DNA from: Bacteriovoracia bacterium
Lineage (GTDB): Bacteria; Bdellovibrionota; UBA1018; JBFWNL01
Assembly (NCBI GenBank): GCA_050251055.1
Contig: JBFWNL010000001.1
Location: forward strand, 1 to 64,000
Direction: 5' to 3'
Length of the DNA: 64,000 nucleotides
Positions within the stretch are counted from its first letter, which is position 1. The number at the start of each line of letters is the position of its first letter. The position numbers and the translations under genes were made by a program. This document shows positions 62,958 to 64,000 of the stretch, piece by piece. A model generated the notes under the pieces. It worked only from the letters and a program-made list of their open reading frames with translations. It searched no databases and was not told the DNA's origin.

Positions 62958-63299
62958 ATGAATAACACTTGGTATTTCTTACTGATGGTCCTGCCGGGGT
63001 ATACGGCGGTGAATGCCCAGCGGCAGGGGCAGAGCTTTTGGTTTGGGTTAGGGGTGGGGCTTCTGGTCTCCGGGGTTTTGTTTGGGGTGACGAAGGGGAT
63101 TGAGAAGGTTCGGGGGAAGAAGTTTGGGCCTACTCCTTCCTGGATGTCGCCGGGGAAGACCGCGCTGGGGTTGGGGGTGGTGGCGGTGGTTGCGCTCGGG
63201 GTGGCTTTGGTTTTGGGGCGGGGGTCTTTGCCGCAGACGCATGCGGAGTACATGAAGAAGTTGCTGGCTTCGGGTTGGGTGGATGAGGCGGGGGCATAG
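62958..63299 (+). CDS. small membrane protein, possibly a degraded or frameshifted gene
   Basis: GGAGA RBS; 2-3 hydrophobic segments; protein-like continuation in the +1 frame to 63450. Confidence 0.45.
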   Translation: MNNTWYFLLMVLPGYTAVNAQRQGQSFWFGLGVGLLVSGVLFGVTKGIEKVRGKKFGPTPSWMSPGKTALGLGVVAVVALGVALVLGRGSLPQTHAEYMKKLLASGWVDEAGA

Positions 63300-63748
63300 G
63301 GCGAAGGTGACGGAGGCGAAGGCGGAGCAGCTTCGGGTGGCGTTTACGAGTTGTTTGCGGGCGGATATGGCGGCTTGGTTGGAGAGTGGGGATGGGTTGC
63401 TTTCGGAGGCGGTTGGGGGTGGGGACGTGGGTGAATCAGAAGTTTTCTAAGGGGTGTGTGGATAAGATTTGGGGGCGGTGAGGGGTTAGGGGATGTGCGC
63501 TAAACTGATGTGTAACGCTGCTGTTGCTGAGAGGTTTTTCTAACTAAAGCTAAAAAAAAAGCGATAGCTGGAAGGAGGATCTTGTTTGGGATCGCGCAAA
63601 TACTTTACTACCCATAGTCTCATCCGGGCAGAGTTTTTGTTGCTAAAGCGAGGGCTCTATTTGATGCACCGATTTTGAATCGGGTCAATTTTTCTTAACC
63701 GGCGATATGCTTAGAGATACACCACTTGAGATCTCTTAAACTATTTTT

Positions 63749-64000
63749 ATGTCGGACATAAAAATTGAATACTCAGAACTTTCAGTGAGAATAATTGGCA
63801 CAGAAATCCGTAGTGGTGAGGTCGAGGCAAAGCGATTTACCTACTCTGTTGATGATCTGCGTGGTCTGATGGAGTCGGTGAAGAAGTCCCATAAAGAGCT
63901 GGCGTCATCAATTCAAGATATTGAGCCAAAATACAGTAAAAAATACCAAAAAATTGGGATTGAAAAGATTCTTAAGAAAAAAGAACGCGGGGTCGAGTTT
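63749..64000 (+). CDS. AT-rich hypothetical protein, truncated by the window end
   Basis: Open frame MSDIKIEYSELSVRIIG...KKKERGVEF from ATG 63749 to the end with no stop. Confidence 0.55.
   Translation, partial: MSDIKIEYSELSVRIIGTEIRSGEVEAKRFTYSVDDLRGLMESVKKSHKELASSIQDIEPKYSKKYQKIGIEKILKKKERGVEF

Overview
GC-rich bacterial chromosome segment, most consistent with a Bdellovibrionota/Oligoflexia-type organism. That placement is inferred from the repertoire (SLT transglycosylase, Cys-rich pilin-like proteins, TPR-wHTH and HDOD-like regulators, many secreted hypotheticals); no marker gene is present. About 70 CDS are supported. Housekeeping and recognisable genes include yebC, arfB, dusC, btuB under a short cobalamin riboswitch, and a CvrA-type K+/H+ antiporter. 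Accessory content: an FN3 lipoprotein/subtilisin/stand-alone-propeptide operon; a sigma54-promoter-rich stress block (BON protein, metallothionein-like protein, SOD, type III PKS plus UbiG-like methyltransferase); a porin/small binding protein/histidine kinase operon; a bacterial Nav-like channel with a non-canonical filter; a planctomycete-style beta-helix/dockerin protein; four prepilin-like proteins, two ending in glycine-rich domains; twin glycine-rich lipoproteins; an ECF sigma operon; and an AT-rich XRE/nucleotidyltransferase pair. The right end is accessory: an orphan antitoxin with a deleted toxin, an ORF6N gene, and an AT-rich partial gene. Most striking observations: (1) the ORF6N gene carries a coding palindrome that recurs, in longer and near-perfect form, right after its stop codon; (2) two near-consensus sigma54 promoters sit back-to-back 5 bp apart between SOD and the PKS operon; (3) pilin N-termini are fused to phage-adhesin-like glycine-rich tips. 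No rRNA, tRNA, CRISPR array, integrase or transposase was seen. All family calls come from motif recognition by eye; no database search was run.
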